From: Ascidiella aspersa
Taxonomy: Eukaryota
DNA length: 64,000 bases
Direction: 5' to 3'
Assembly: GCA_963924565.1 (NCBI GenBank)
Contig: OZ004611.1
Coordinates: 30,814,001-30,878,000, forward strand
Shown here: one piece after another, positions 13,556-26,700 of the stretch
How positions within the stretch are numbered: position 1 is the stretch's first letter
Layout of the letters: every line of letters begins with the position of its first letter
Notes under the pieces: model-generated
Told to the model about the DNA's origin: nothing
Database searches by the model: none
What the model saw: the letters and a program-made list of their open reading frames with translations, nothing else
Translations under genes and position numbers: made by a program

Positions 13556-14566
13556 CAACACAAAGGTGTTTGATCTTACAAATACCAATAAAGGGATTAC
13601 TTGAATCCCAAAGTATATCTAAATCTATTCATAGAACAATCAGGGTTCTTAGTTCCAGGGGGCAGCAAAAGACCGTTAGGTAGATCGTCAACTGCTTCCT
13701 TGTTGTGATTCTAGTAGAACTACAATATTATGGCGTTTTCCATCTGGAAATAATAAATACTTGAATCCAAATACTTGAATTTATTCAAATTTCAAATTTG
13801 CTGCCTCAACTTAAACGGTTAAACAACCTACAAAGATTGGCGGCTCAACTAAAACATCGAGTGGTTTTCTTTGAAACATAAATGCCAATGATGCTTTTTT
13901 GGCGAAATATAGAAATATCTTCTAAAATGTTTTACTTTTTGAGCTGTAACACAATGTCTCAAAATATGACGGTACATTACACAGCAGTTGTTAATTATTA
14001 AGTGCTTCAGGTTTGGATGTAGATAGCGCTCATTAAAGCAGTTTAACCTAATAATAATTGAAGTATTGCAAAAGTAGAATAAAACCATTTTATTTTTGGC
14101 CAAAAAGCGGACTAAAATATATTACTAGGTTTGTCGTTACACAGCCGAAGTATATACCAAAGAAACACTTCCGTCAACCTTTTAATTAAATTATATTATG
14201 TTATTTTATTGCTCAGCATTGTCATGCTTTACAATATTATGGCACAGTTGTTTAACCAGATATAAAATCATTTAACTTTAATATTTAACAAAAATGATAT
14301 TTTCTATTAAAAACCCGCGGCTATTATTTCTTAGTATTTAGACTTTGGCAAATTAAACTTAAAAACACAAGTTTAACCTCCACCGGTACCTGAATTTTTA
14401 ACCTCCACCGGTACCCCGCCAATGTGCATTGCATTTCTTGCATCCCAGCCACATTCAAACTCCCAGTCAAGGCGCCAGCGGGAAAACAAGACTGCTGGCG
14501 TCGTCCTGACCACAAATGGCGGCCAAACGCGACCGCCCAGGTCCAATGTGCAGCACGGCTCGCACC

Positions 14567-14603
14567 TATAAATACGAGCGCGCTGCGAACTTGAAAATCA
14601 TTC
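14567..14603 (+). promoter_or_regulatory. Core promoter: TATA box and Initiator
   Basis: TATAAATA at 14567-14574 and Inr-like TCATTC with A at 14600 (TATA starts at -33); ATG 91 nt downstream. Confidence 0.75.
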
Positions 14604-14690
14604 ACCGTTGAATCGGTTCGAAGTGAGACCTACAGTGCAAATAAAAGTTAAAAGAGAAACTTAACTGCTGGGCAGATAAGTGCGCAAATC

Positions 14691-14772
14691 ATGGAGAGCG
14701 GTCAACTCGCTTTGTGGATTGTGCTCGTCTACGCTACCTTTTCAGTTGGACAGCAGCTACCTAACATTGAAG
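14691..14772 (+). CDS. exon 1 (signal peptide)
   Basis: MESGQLALWIVLVYATFSVGQQLPNIE; donor G|gttagt, phase 1. Confidence 0.9.
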
Positions 14773-17700
14773 GTTAGTAACTATTACGATTGACCTGTAC
14801 TTGCTAAAATGTGTTCCCCTTAAACCAGTGGTTCACAACCGGGGTGCCCTGGTGTGCCACTTCTAATTTTCAAGAGCATCTGCGACATAATTGAGAATCT
14901 TTAATCTGTTTTTTTGCTCAACTCTTACAACATTTTGTGTAAGATTACAGTGGAATAAATCCAATTATAACACCCTACGTTGTGCAGAGTTTATGTGTGT
15001 TGTTTCAGTTCCTTTTATTGTGACATTCTAGTGAATTACCTAAAAAAATGCTTTAAACCGCTTCCTAACACTGACAGTTGGTACCTTTCGATTTCCGAAG
15101 GTATGAAATCAGTATTTTATGTTCATGGAAACCTACGTAAATTCCTTTAAATGCCCGAATCACTTACTTTCCTATTACGCTACGTGAAGTTGAACGTGTT
15201 ACAGCAAAAGGGAAACGTTATTTCGCTTATGACCCCCTGTTTAGAGAATTTACCTCTTTCGACAACGTTTTTAAAAATTTTAATTTATAGCATCATCAAA
15301 TATATTACGTTTCTTTGATTTATGTTAAACCGTGAGGCAAAGGACTGTGTTTTTTCGGCCAAATATAAACACGGTAATTTACTTGCAAAAAATCCAATTC
15401 AGCGGAGCCTTTTTATAGAAATCCAAATCCATAACTAATAAGGCAGTTTGCCTGTCGTAAAAATGCGGTTAAGGCAAGGCGAGTGAGTTACTGAACGTTT
15501 TATTAACTCCAAAATTGCCCCATTGTTTTATTACACCAATGCCGGAGCGTTTCTAATTAAAACCATAATATATAGCTTACATTTATTGTATTGTGAACGT
15601 TTTATTATTACCGATATGAGCGAATTGAAAAAATCCTTTTCCCAAATAATGTAGTATACTCACATTTGAATTGAACAACCTTATAATATATTAACAAATA
15701 AATATTAACAATAAATATTTTTAAATAAAAGTTGTTCATTATTTTACATTTTGGTTTTGGCATTATCGTATTTGACCACTGTTTATAAAATCTCATCTTT
15801 TTTGTATTTTTATTAGAGATATTTTTTTGTTTGTACCGTTATTTGAAATAGCATTTTCATTTTCGTTTTTTTGTTAGAGATATTTTTGTTCGTACCGATT
15901 TTTTTAAATCGCTTTTCGCTTCGTTTTTCAGCAAACCCAAACGACTTTTTCAACCTTCCGACATGCAACCGTGAGTACTTTTTATTTATTTTATTATTGT
16001 CTAACGAAATAAAATGGTTGGAAGATGCTTAAATTAATTTAGAACAGTTTATATAACAATTATACGCTAAACCGTTTTAGATTGGATTTTATATGACTAA
16101 AAATTTAATACGGCCTAAAATTTAATTTATATATTTTTGGCGACATATTTTTGGCGCATGTATTTAGCACGTATTTTTCCATTTCCGTAACTAAAAAGTT
16201 TCGAAATTTGGTACTGCGCATGAGCACGTCGGACTCGGGATTCGGGTAGTTTTACGCGGTCTTACTCGTGTCCCGAGTCCGACTCCGCCTTCTATTAAAC
16301 TGTTTTGATCTCAAATTATGTTCAAGAATTTCCAGTGATACAATTTTGGATTTTTTTTATATAAAGTTTCATGGCAACCCTGTATAATTATCAGATTAAT
16401 ATTATGATTAAAAGATTAATATTATGATTTTCCTTGATTTGCAGCTGTACAGAGCTTTATCCTTGGTCGCAAGTATACGTACAGCTACGAGGGAATCATG
16501 GAAAGTTATCAAGGCGCTGAACCGAACGGAGCAATGCTTCGGTAAGTCACTCAACCTTTTTAATTACACAGTAATTGGTATTATTAACAGTGGTGGGTTG
16601 GAAGTTTATCCAGATAATCCCTTTGGTTGGCTTTTGAGTAACGCACGATTTCTCGATTCTTTAAGAACATCACTTTTACTATCAATTTATGAATTTTTTC
16701 AGTCAGGCTCTCGTTAAGGTTTTTCAATTAAATAATATTTCGCTCTAAAAAATTCCGAAACAATCAAGTCATTGAATGGAAACACTAGTTACACATTTTT
16801 TGAATTTCTTGAAAAAAACATAGACACCTTATGAGACATGCTTTATTTTCACAGCTGTTCGATTGAGATGAGCATTCCGTACAAATGCGCGGGAACCTTG
16901 CGCGCCACCCAGTGCCAGGTCCTGCAGGCGACGCCCCTGGCCAACGGAACCCTGGCCTACACGACCCCCTCCCCCCTTAATAACCAGGCTGTCAAAATGA
17001 TGAGCCGGTACCCAATCTACTTCCACTTTGGTGATGGAAAGGTTTGGGGGATTTTTTTTTAACTTGTTCAAAAATGAAATTTTTAGCTTCTGTATGAATG
17101 TAGCAATAAAGTTGTGAGCTTTAAGTTTAATTAATAAAGTTAGTATTGTTTACAGAATTTACTCAACGTCATATTAATTGATTTGGTGATCCAGACTCAT
17201 ATTACATTTTACAGACATTTTAGACAGGGTGGACACACATTTTTTTAATTTTATTAAATAATTTTTTTGATACCCACTATGGATTTTCTTTTTGTCATAC
17301 AAACTATGAAGTGTCTTCTTTATGGATTTTTGTTGTTTAAAATGTTGCCATTCCATTATTTGTGACATAGGAATAAGAAATTGAGCCAGAAAGTTTTACG
17401 GGCAAAATAGGGTACGTTTTTGCAGATTTCTCAATGTCATATTGACTTTTTATACAGTAAAAAGTTATTACCCAGACTTGTCTGAGTTCCTGTTTATCGC
17501 AAAAAAATATTCAAAGTATTTGGTCATCAAAAAATTTACCTAGCAATGACGTTTGCTAACTTCCTCAGAACTATGAACTTACACAAAAGTAGGTAGCATT
17601 TTGAACCTTACGAATATCTCTTTATTCACCTTCAACATCACAACGAAGTTGAAAATGACAAAATATTTACTCGAAACGTCCAAAGTGCTATACCTATTTC

Positions 17701-20700
17701 TGTTTGGGCTTTGATATTCTTACTATACATTGACTTACAGTTTCCTTACACAAAATAGTTAAGTTCCACATATTGCCTGTTATTAACTTTTACTTTTTCA
17801 TTAAATCTCAGATACAGAGGATTTTTGCATTCCGTTCTGAGCCGTCAGATGTTCTTAACATGAAGAGAGCAATCCTCTCAGCACTTCAGGTGGACTTTGT
17901 GGCCTTCAGGAACACAGCCGTCAACCAAAAAATACAGGTACTTATTTGTGCTTCATTCTGGTGGTGTAGCACTGAATATGTGATATTGGAAATCACCTTG
18001 ACCCTTGCAAGATAATGGTCGACCTTAATTGCTGATCAGTAATTACACAATACTCTTACAAAGCTAGCAATTCAAGTCAGCCAGTATTAAAAGATTTTAA
18101 AAGGTATATATCAATATTTCGCCAGCAAAGGCAGCGTCAGTATATATTACTCAACTAGAACGATTTTATTAATGATTCTACAGACTCTATTTAAATAAGA
18201 TATGCTGACGATGCCTTTGGTGGCGATATATGATCTTGTTATTGTGTCTGACCTGAATTGTTGGCTTAGCTAAGTATTCAGTTGTTGATTCTGGTGATTA
18301 AGTCAATCGAAAAGTCACTATGAAAGACTCGAAACCGCCATGATGTCATTAGTATTCTTATATAAACAAATTCGATTCACTAAAACGTTCAAACACAAAC
18401 TTTGGATTTAAGACAAAAACAGTCCTTGTATATTAAACAAAACATTAAAATAACGTCATAGCAAATAATAACTGACACATTTTACATTTCAATTCCTAAG
18501 TACCCCGAAAGCAACATCTTTGGCGCCGGGAACGTGACTGCCACCGTGCGGTCGCTCTCGGTCGGCGCCCCCCGCCGCGTGGTGGTGCAACGGAGCACGC
18601 TCGACATCGTTCATCCTTACAGTCCGAGTGAGTTTGGGCACATGCACACCTCCTTCCAGGAAAACGACATCACAAACTTCGCCAACGACTTGGTACGTCA
18701 AGTTGCGCGGTTTTTATATAACTTACAGAGTTTTGAAAAGGTCCTATTGCAGCTTTAGATTTTAAATGCGCCATCAAAACCCAAGTTTACATAAAACTTT
18801 TTTAAAGGAATATGCAAATTGACCGGTTATGAAAATGTTGCTTTATTTTGTGCAATTAGTTAAAAAAAAAGTTTGATCACAATTTTTTGGTCAATATTTA
18901 ATTTTAATATTTATGTTCACTAAGTAGCCTATAGCAATTTTTTGCTGTTTTGTATTAACTGTCGTGTTTTAAATCCTTTGCGAACGAAGTTAAATATGTC
19001 AAGTTAAGCGTTTTTCGTATAAATGTCAGAGTTGTGTAAACGTTTTGCAGCTTTAACGTTAAACGCGCCACCGAAATACAAGTTTGCATCGACTTTTTTA
19101 ACCGACATGCAAGTTTTAACAAGTTTTTTATTTTGATCAAATAGTGGCAGAGTCACAAAACAATAAGTCTAACAGTTTTACAATACGTTTTATCTCATAA
19201 TATTGCTTAAATCAATTATATAATACCACGGTTTTTGCGACTCTGAAATACTATTTGATAAATATGTTAAAACACTCGTTTAATCAAACGTTTTTAACAT
19301 TTTGAAAACAGATTTGGCGTTGGAGTGGTTGTACACTATACTCACTTTGCTGTAGATTAGACATAACTTGAATAGTACAGTTTTTAACTGTCGTGTCTTA
19401 AATCCTTTGCGAACGTTTTTACCGATTATTTTTAATTTACAGTTTACAGTACACCTAATTTTTTGTAAGGTATACTTCACGCCCTTCTAAACCAGTTTTT
19501 TTCCCAGGTATTCTGTAGAGTTCATTTCACGCTGCTTTTCCTCCTTTTTTAGATTATTTAGTACAGTACGTCTAACTTGATGCTGGGGTCCATAGATTCC
19601 TTGGGGGTTCGTGAAGTAGTTTTAGGAGTCAATGAAAACCCAATATAAATATTAGTGTAATTTAAGAAGTATACTATTTATCAAAGAACAATAAATAAAA
19701 CGGTTTTGCACTAAATGCATTAAGACTTCATTTCACTTTCATATTTTTGGACCGAAATCAGCTGATTTATTAAGTCCATTCGTATTGTGACGTAAATTTA
19801 TGACGTCAATTTTTGATTTTTTGCCTACCGTGGTCCACGCGAGGCCAAAAAGTTTTTTAGGGGTCCGCGGTAAAAAAAGTTTGAGAACCCTTCTCTACAG
19901 TAAACTTAACTACTTTAAGGTAAACCTCAAGCCTTTTCAAACTCTTTTTGTCCCAGGTCATGAGCGCAGCGAGCAACATCGAACGAAACTCTGCGCAGGA
20001 GTGCGATTACACGCTTGAACGCGGACGCGTCATCGAGCAGGTCACGTGTTCAGAGCGCAGAGCGCCAACCACAGTCCAAGGAACTTTCCTTCAGGTGAGA
20101 GATAACTAAAGAGTATTTAAGTCCAAGTCTTTTTAAATAAATAAGAAGTCAAGTCCCAGTCAAGTCATCATTAGGCAAGTCAACTTCAAGTCACGTCCTT
20201 GTCGTAAAAATAAAACGTTAAACTATTGGAATTTTTTTAACTCGGACGATTATGAGCAATAACTGAACTAAAAAATAAAAAATAACACAACATATAGAAT
20301 GCAAATTTGTTTTGTGTGCAAAAATTTTGATAAATATCTCAATTTTATTGAAAAAAAGTCTTCCAGAAAACACTTCATTTCAACCCAAGACATTTATCAT
20401 TTGCCCAAAAACTCAGGTCAAGTCACGTTATTTGAAAACAGTGACTTAAGTGCACTTAAGTTAAGTCATTCACTCAAGTCATTACAACTCTGGTATAAGA
20501 CAAACTAAATAACAGTGAGCACACAAAGCGCATTGTGATGTCACATAAGAAAATGTTTTGTTTCAAAGTTTTTCTCGCATGCGAAAATACTTGCACTGTT
20601 TAGATTTTTCGCCAATTAGTGATAGAGTCACATTTTTAATCACGATTTTTTGCTCAAAAGTATGTTTTTAATGTTTTACGTTCACAAAGTATATCGATTT

Positions 20701-23700
20701 TGTTTCCTTTCTGTCTACAAAGTCTTTTTTCTTCAACGATGAGGTCAATATTTAATGCTAAACGCTATGAGTTATTTGCTTTTATAATAGTAAAGTCGAA
20801 AATTACTGCAATATATATAATGATCGAAAAATTCAATGACTGTAACATCACTACAGATAGAGGTCACACTCACAAATTAATTTTTAACAAATAAATGCAG
20901 AAATAATACTGCAGTTAATAAAAATTGCAGTCATGATAAACACAAGGGTCAATTGACCCTCTTGGTAATTACCGTAGGAAAAATTTTCAGTAGTTCTAGG
21001 GTTAAAATATAAAAAAAAACGTTACAGTTCCTGTCATGTTAATGTTTGTACAAAGCCGAAACCTATTTTTTTTTCACAGCCGATCATGGAACTGCTCGTG
21101 AGCGCCACTGGTGTCAGCGCCGTTGAAACAATTGTAAGGTTGAACATGAAGCGAATTAGCGAGGTTCCTATGACCAAAGAAGACCGCATTACACCAGGTA
21201 AGTTCAAAGTATAGGTTTCGAAAGAGTCGATAAGAATGGGAGACTAGTTTTTATAGTTTTATCTTGTGGAGATTGCGTTAAAGTATATCTACAGCTATTT
21301 TTATGAAATTTATGTGTTCGCAACTTTTTATATCTCACTTTTGTCCCCCCCCCTCCTCTAATTTTACAATTTTTACTGTTAGTAAGCTTCGAATGAGTCA
21401 TTTTGCTGAAAATTTCTAAATAACAAGTGTCGGAGACTAGTTTTATCTTGTAGAGATTGCGTTGAAGTATATCTACACTGATTTTTATGAACATTTGGTA
21501 ATAGGAACGTTTTTTTTATTTTATTTTTATTTCCCCCCCCCCCCACATTTTTCGTAATTTACGATATATGCTCTAAGCACAGACAAGATATTTAATTTTA
21601 TAGAAAGGCAAAGTTGTCCTTGTTGCTATAGTAACATAAAGAGTAGACTGATTTTTTACAATTAAGAAAAACTTGATGATGCCATTTACTTGCCGTAATG
21701 CATATTTTACAATATAAGTTTAAGACCCTGCTAACTAAATTTTGTTCGAAGCGGTGCATTTCGCAAGCTTTTAAAAACGTATGTTAAAAAAAATTGTTAT
21801 CGTCAAAAGTGTGTGTTCTGTTGGACCGCAGGATTCTCTTAGTGAAAACATACTAAGCTTAAAGAATAGACTAACTGAACAACAACTGGTTTCAACAAAG
21901 AAATGCCTCAAACAATACCTTGACCTGGACAACTGGTGACTTTAACTGGGACTTGACTTGTTACCTATTTAAAAGACTTGGTCTTTGTTTTTTTTACAAT
22001 ACTCTGCCTTTACACCCTCTTTACTGAGTTGTTATTGACAGACTTAAGCACGAAAATAGATAAGCTTTGTACATTTTAATCTACATATCACCCAGGTCAT
22101 TCCATTTACCATTTAACGCAATGCTGGCGAATACTATTTGCTTTAAACTTGTCAAGTTCCTCATAGGCGTGGGCTAACTCAGGCTGACCAAAGAATTGTG
22201 GAACCTTTAAAATTATTTAATCTCACCTATATTTTCTTGTGTATAAAGTTTTCGTTATTTTTAGTTGAGTTATTGCTCATAATCGGAAGGGTGTACCAGT
22301 TTAAATAGTTTAACATTTTATTTTTATATCAATGACTTAACTCAGGGGTTCTTAAACTTTTTTTACCGCGGACCCCTAAACATTTTTTTTGTCTCGCGTG
22401 GACCACGGTAGGCAACTGATGTCTTGTACTGGGGATGACTTGACTTAGACTTAAGTCATTTGTAAAATGAACTTGGGTAACTGATGTCTTGTATTAGGAC
22501 TTGACTTGTTATTTTTGCAAAAGACTTAACTTGGACTCAAGTTTTTTTTAAATGACTTTACTGGGACTTAAGTTATTTGAAAAAGACGTGAATGATAGTG
22601 AGCACACAAAGTAAAATGACTTGTTTACAACACTGCTGTCACCGCTTTTGACTGTGAGTCCTACTTGTATTTCACCAGGGGAACGAACTCTGATCCAGAC
22701 TTCTTACAATCTCGCCAACGTTATGTTCGAGCAGCAGTGGCGAGAAATCACCAACGGCGAACTCGTCAACTTTGACCCCGTTGCGACCTTCGACTCAATG
22801 GTGCGTGACCCACGTGACCCCTACATGGCGGGAAAGTTTTCCAAGCTGGCGCATTTAATCTCCACCCTTCCCGCCAACCGCATCCAGTCCATTTGGAGTC
22901 AGGTCTCCGGGACCTTCACCGGAAAGGACCTGGAAACTGCCACGTGAGTGTCATTTTGTTGAAACAGAACGATTTTTCATGTCATTGAAAATGACGTAGT
23001 TTGTTGGATGTTTGATGTCATTGAAAATGACGTAATGAGTTCAATTTTTGATGTCATTAAAATTACGTATTGATTTCACTTTTTGATGTTATTGAAAATT
23101 ACGTAGTGAGGTGGATTTGTGATGACGCTTTAGAAAATGGTAGATTGGTTGACGAACATTTGTTGGCTTGGTGAAGTGCACAACCTCCTAAAATCATTTC
23201 AGTTTCTAGTGAATATTGTTTATCAGTCCTTGTTAAGTCTCAGTTTAAAATGTGTAATAGTTTCACTAGCCAACAAACCGATTAAACTATTAACAAACAC
23301 TGAAAAAAAAGCACTCAAAACAAGGTGTTTTTTATTTTGTCTTGTTTTAAAACATCGTTCCTGTTTTTATTGAATTCGAGAAAGTTTTGAAAGGATTGCG
23401 TTGCTGATGCTCCTAGATAAAATTGTAAATTGCCTGTGAAATTTTAACAAACTTATTTTCAGTTGTTAACCTATAGTTATAGAATATATCAAAGACCATG
23501 CAGAAGTAGGTTGCATTTGGAACGTTTCGAATGACTCTTTATTCATTTTCAACACCAAAAAGAGTCTAAAGAATTATTCTGAAAGCTTCAAGATGCTACT
23601 TACTTCTGAATGGGCATTGATATTCTTACTGTGTCTAACTACAACCTCCAGCCATTATCTTAAAAGTTATTTGAAACGTGGAAATTCTACCTACTTCTGT

Positions 23701-26700
23701 ATGGGATTTGATATTCTTGCTACGTCTTACTACGACCTCCAACCATTATGCTCCAAAGTTTTTACCCTCTTTACTGAATTCGAATTAGTTTCATCTCATA
23801 TTGATCAACAAATTTCAAATTTTGTTTTAATAACCCTTAATCTAACTCAATTTTATTTTCTCAGGGCCCTTTGGGTTCAGATCTTGAACCGCTGCAGCAG
23901 CATTGCCCAATGGTGTCACCCACCGGTTTGCAACGCCGCCATTTATTGTCAGCAGGCGCTCAGCAGCTTCATTTCTGTTGACGTTATTCCGACGTGGCCG
24001 GCTGAAATCTTGACCGGGGTGACCCGGGCTCTGGTCAGCTTCAAAAAACCAGCACCGGAAGTCGTCAGCGCTGCTCTGGTGCGTAACTTCCGGTTAAATT
24101 TGTTTTAATTTTTCGGGACTAAAAAATGTAGGTTTTTATCTCTTTGAGGAAGTATGTTTTCAAAATCATTGTGACTATATTTGATTTTATGTCATGATTT
24201 TAGGCTAGTTGTTTCAAAAATTTTTTTGAAAACATTTAAACAATTCCTGAGCCTTTGGATAATAAAATGAGGATTTAAAAATAAGACATCGTCTAAAAAT
24301 TTCACAGTCTTTGCTTGCGAAACAAGAAGTATTTTTTTCTCATTTTAACTATTGTTTTTTTTTAAGTTTTGCAGTTTAATGTTTTTTTTTATTTGTATTT
24401 TGTTAGTTGTGACGTTTGTTTCGCCAAATCAAATCGTTTATTTGACTAAAATGTTTTTCTTTCTGTCTTGTTAATTCTACCTTCATTAATAAATAGAGAA
24501 TCCATTAAAAGATCATATAATAAAACTTTTTGGCATTTTTGATTAACTGTTCAGTGGAAAAAGAGTGACCCAAATAAATGATAAAAGATTCATTGATTTA
24601 TTTGCAATCGTTTCGGCAAGTGCTTCTGCCATCTTCAGTGCGGTAAAATGAGGTTGAGATAAACGCGAATATTTTATCATTTATTTGTGCCACTCTTTTC
24701 CTAGTGAAGATTATGAACAGATCCCTGTCTAGTGCTGCTGATTAATTGTATTTTTGATAAACAAGAAACAGTCTTTTCATACTTAGTTCATCAAATTATA
24801 AACAACGTCCTTTAACGGTTAATTTCTCTTCACTCTACAAAGGATCAATTAAAAACTATAAAACAAAACAATTTATTCCTTTTGTGATTAATTCTAGTTT
24901 CGATAAACAACATTTTAAACAGAAAAAAACCTTTGTACCCCAGATGATCGCGCGTACCCGCCCCACCCCTCTCACCATCTTGACCTTGGGCAAGGTCATC
25001 GCCCTTCACGCGAACACGTGGTCAGCGCCAGCCACTGAACCGATCGTAACTCAAGCGGTTGCCTTCCTCATAAGCCAACTCAACCGTGACTGCAGCCTGA
25101 GCAGTGACGTCATTCGTGAGTTAGATTTCTATTTTATATTTCGATTCTCTATTTAGCGCACTATAAGGAACGCAAGCAATAATTTGGAAAGAAGTTTTAA
25201 TGTAATTTGAAAAGCATTACTAAGTTTTCTAAACTTTATATTAAAAGTTCAAAAGGTGAGTTTTACGACAAAAGTTGGAATTTAATCGACATTTTTTGCA
25301 CCCCGATTCTCTATTCAACGCATTATAAGGAATGAGGTAAAGATTTAAAAACAAATTTAAGTGTTATTAGCATTAGTTGGCGTTAATTTAACTATGATCA
25401 ATTTATGTCGACGTTATTATGAAATCCGATTGCCTATTCAACGAAATTTTTCATTCAATTTTATGACCTTTTGCTCAGAGCACATGATTTTGTCTTAAAC
25501 GTTTGCTTACATCAGCGCAAAATTCACCATTCTAACCACACATCTTCTCAGAGCACGAACAAATAATGCTGGTCGCGGTGAAGTCCCTTTCGGTGCTTCC
25601 CCAGAGCGTCATCGCCAGTCCTGCTCAGTTCGTGGCGTGTGTGCGCAACGTAAACGCCCCCAAACCAGTTGCGCTTGAAGCTGCCAACGCACTCAAAGAC
25701 CGCGCCCTGGACCCTACCGTAAGTGCAGTTCTTCCCTGGGTCCGTTGTAACCCCTTGAGATTAATTTGCTTATTAGTGTAGATTTGCTGGTGACTGTAGC
25801 GGCCTTATGTCTTATATTAGTTAGTTTTATTAATATGCTTTACTAGCTAATTCTGCCTATTTATTTGAGGACAACGACCGCCGTGAGTTCGTGTTGTTTT
25901 CCTAGATTAATCTTGTTTGAAGCTTGCAACAAAACACACACCACTCGATTCTAATTGATAAGATATATTAAATGCATTAAAGTTAGTATTCATAATTATT
26001 GCCAAACGAATCGATTGATGTACACAAAACACCATGGTCTTACATTTCCGAATATTCTAACATATTACGAATTAAAAACATTAACTGACAATTGATAATT
26101 GAAAACTTACAACCGATAAACTTAACATGTCCAAAGTAAACTCAAGACAAATCACAAAGCGTCGCCGCTGCTTAGGCAGCCGAATTGGAGAGCTTTAGTT
26201 AGCGTCTGCCTTTCCGTCTGGCGTTCAGCTCGTAACTTGGCTGGTATTCCCGACCGAATTGCCAGAATTAACTTCTACGCAGCTGAGCAGGCGAGATATT
26301 AATTGGATTGATACAACCACATGTAAGTTAATTACATGTTGCGAACGTGACGTAACAGTGACGCAACAGCGACGAAACTTGAAAAGTCAGAAGTTAAGCG
26401 TAATTTTGTGCCTAAACATCACGTTTTTCTTCGTTATTGGCTGGTCAAGGCGGAAACCAATATAAAGAACTAAATGAGCATAATATAACTCATGTAAGGT
26501 CTTCCGCCTTCTTTTGTACTTTTACCCACTCCGCTGTTCCAAAATTTGGCTTTTACTAAAATTTAAACCACTTAGTGCACACAACTTTAACTTTTATTAA
26601 CCATTTTTTGGGGTAAATTGTGTCGCTGAAAAATGTTTTGGGTTAATTCTTTAAAAATAATCCATTTTTACTCAACTTTGTAGATGCGTGCACAAATCGT

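Noticed and set aside
13165-13563. 132-aa Pro/Leu/Lys-rich minus-strand ORF
   Set aside because: It is the translation of the low-complexity minisatellite.
18033-18043. TGATCAGTAAT resembling the APOB editing mooring sequence
   Set aside because: It is intronic, an imperfect match, and not next to a coding CAA codon; there is no evidence for APOBEC1-type editing here.
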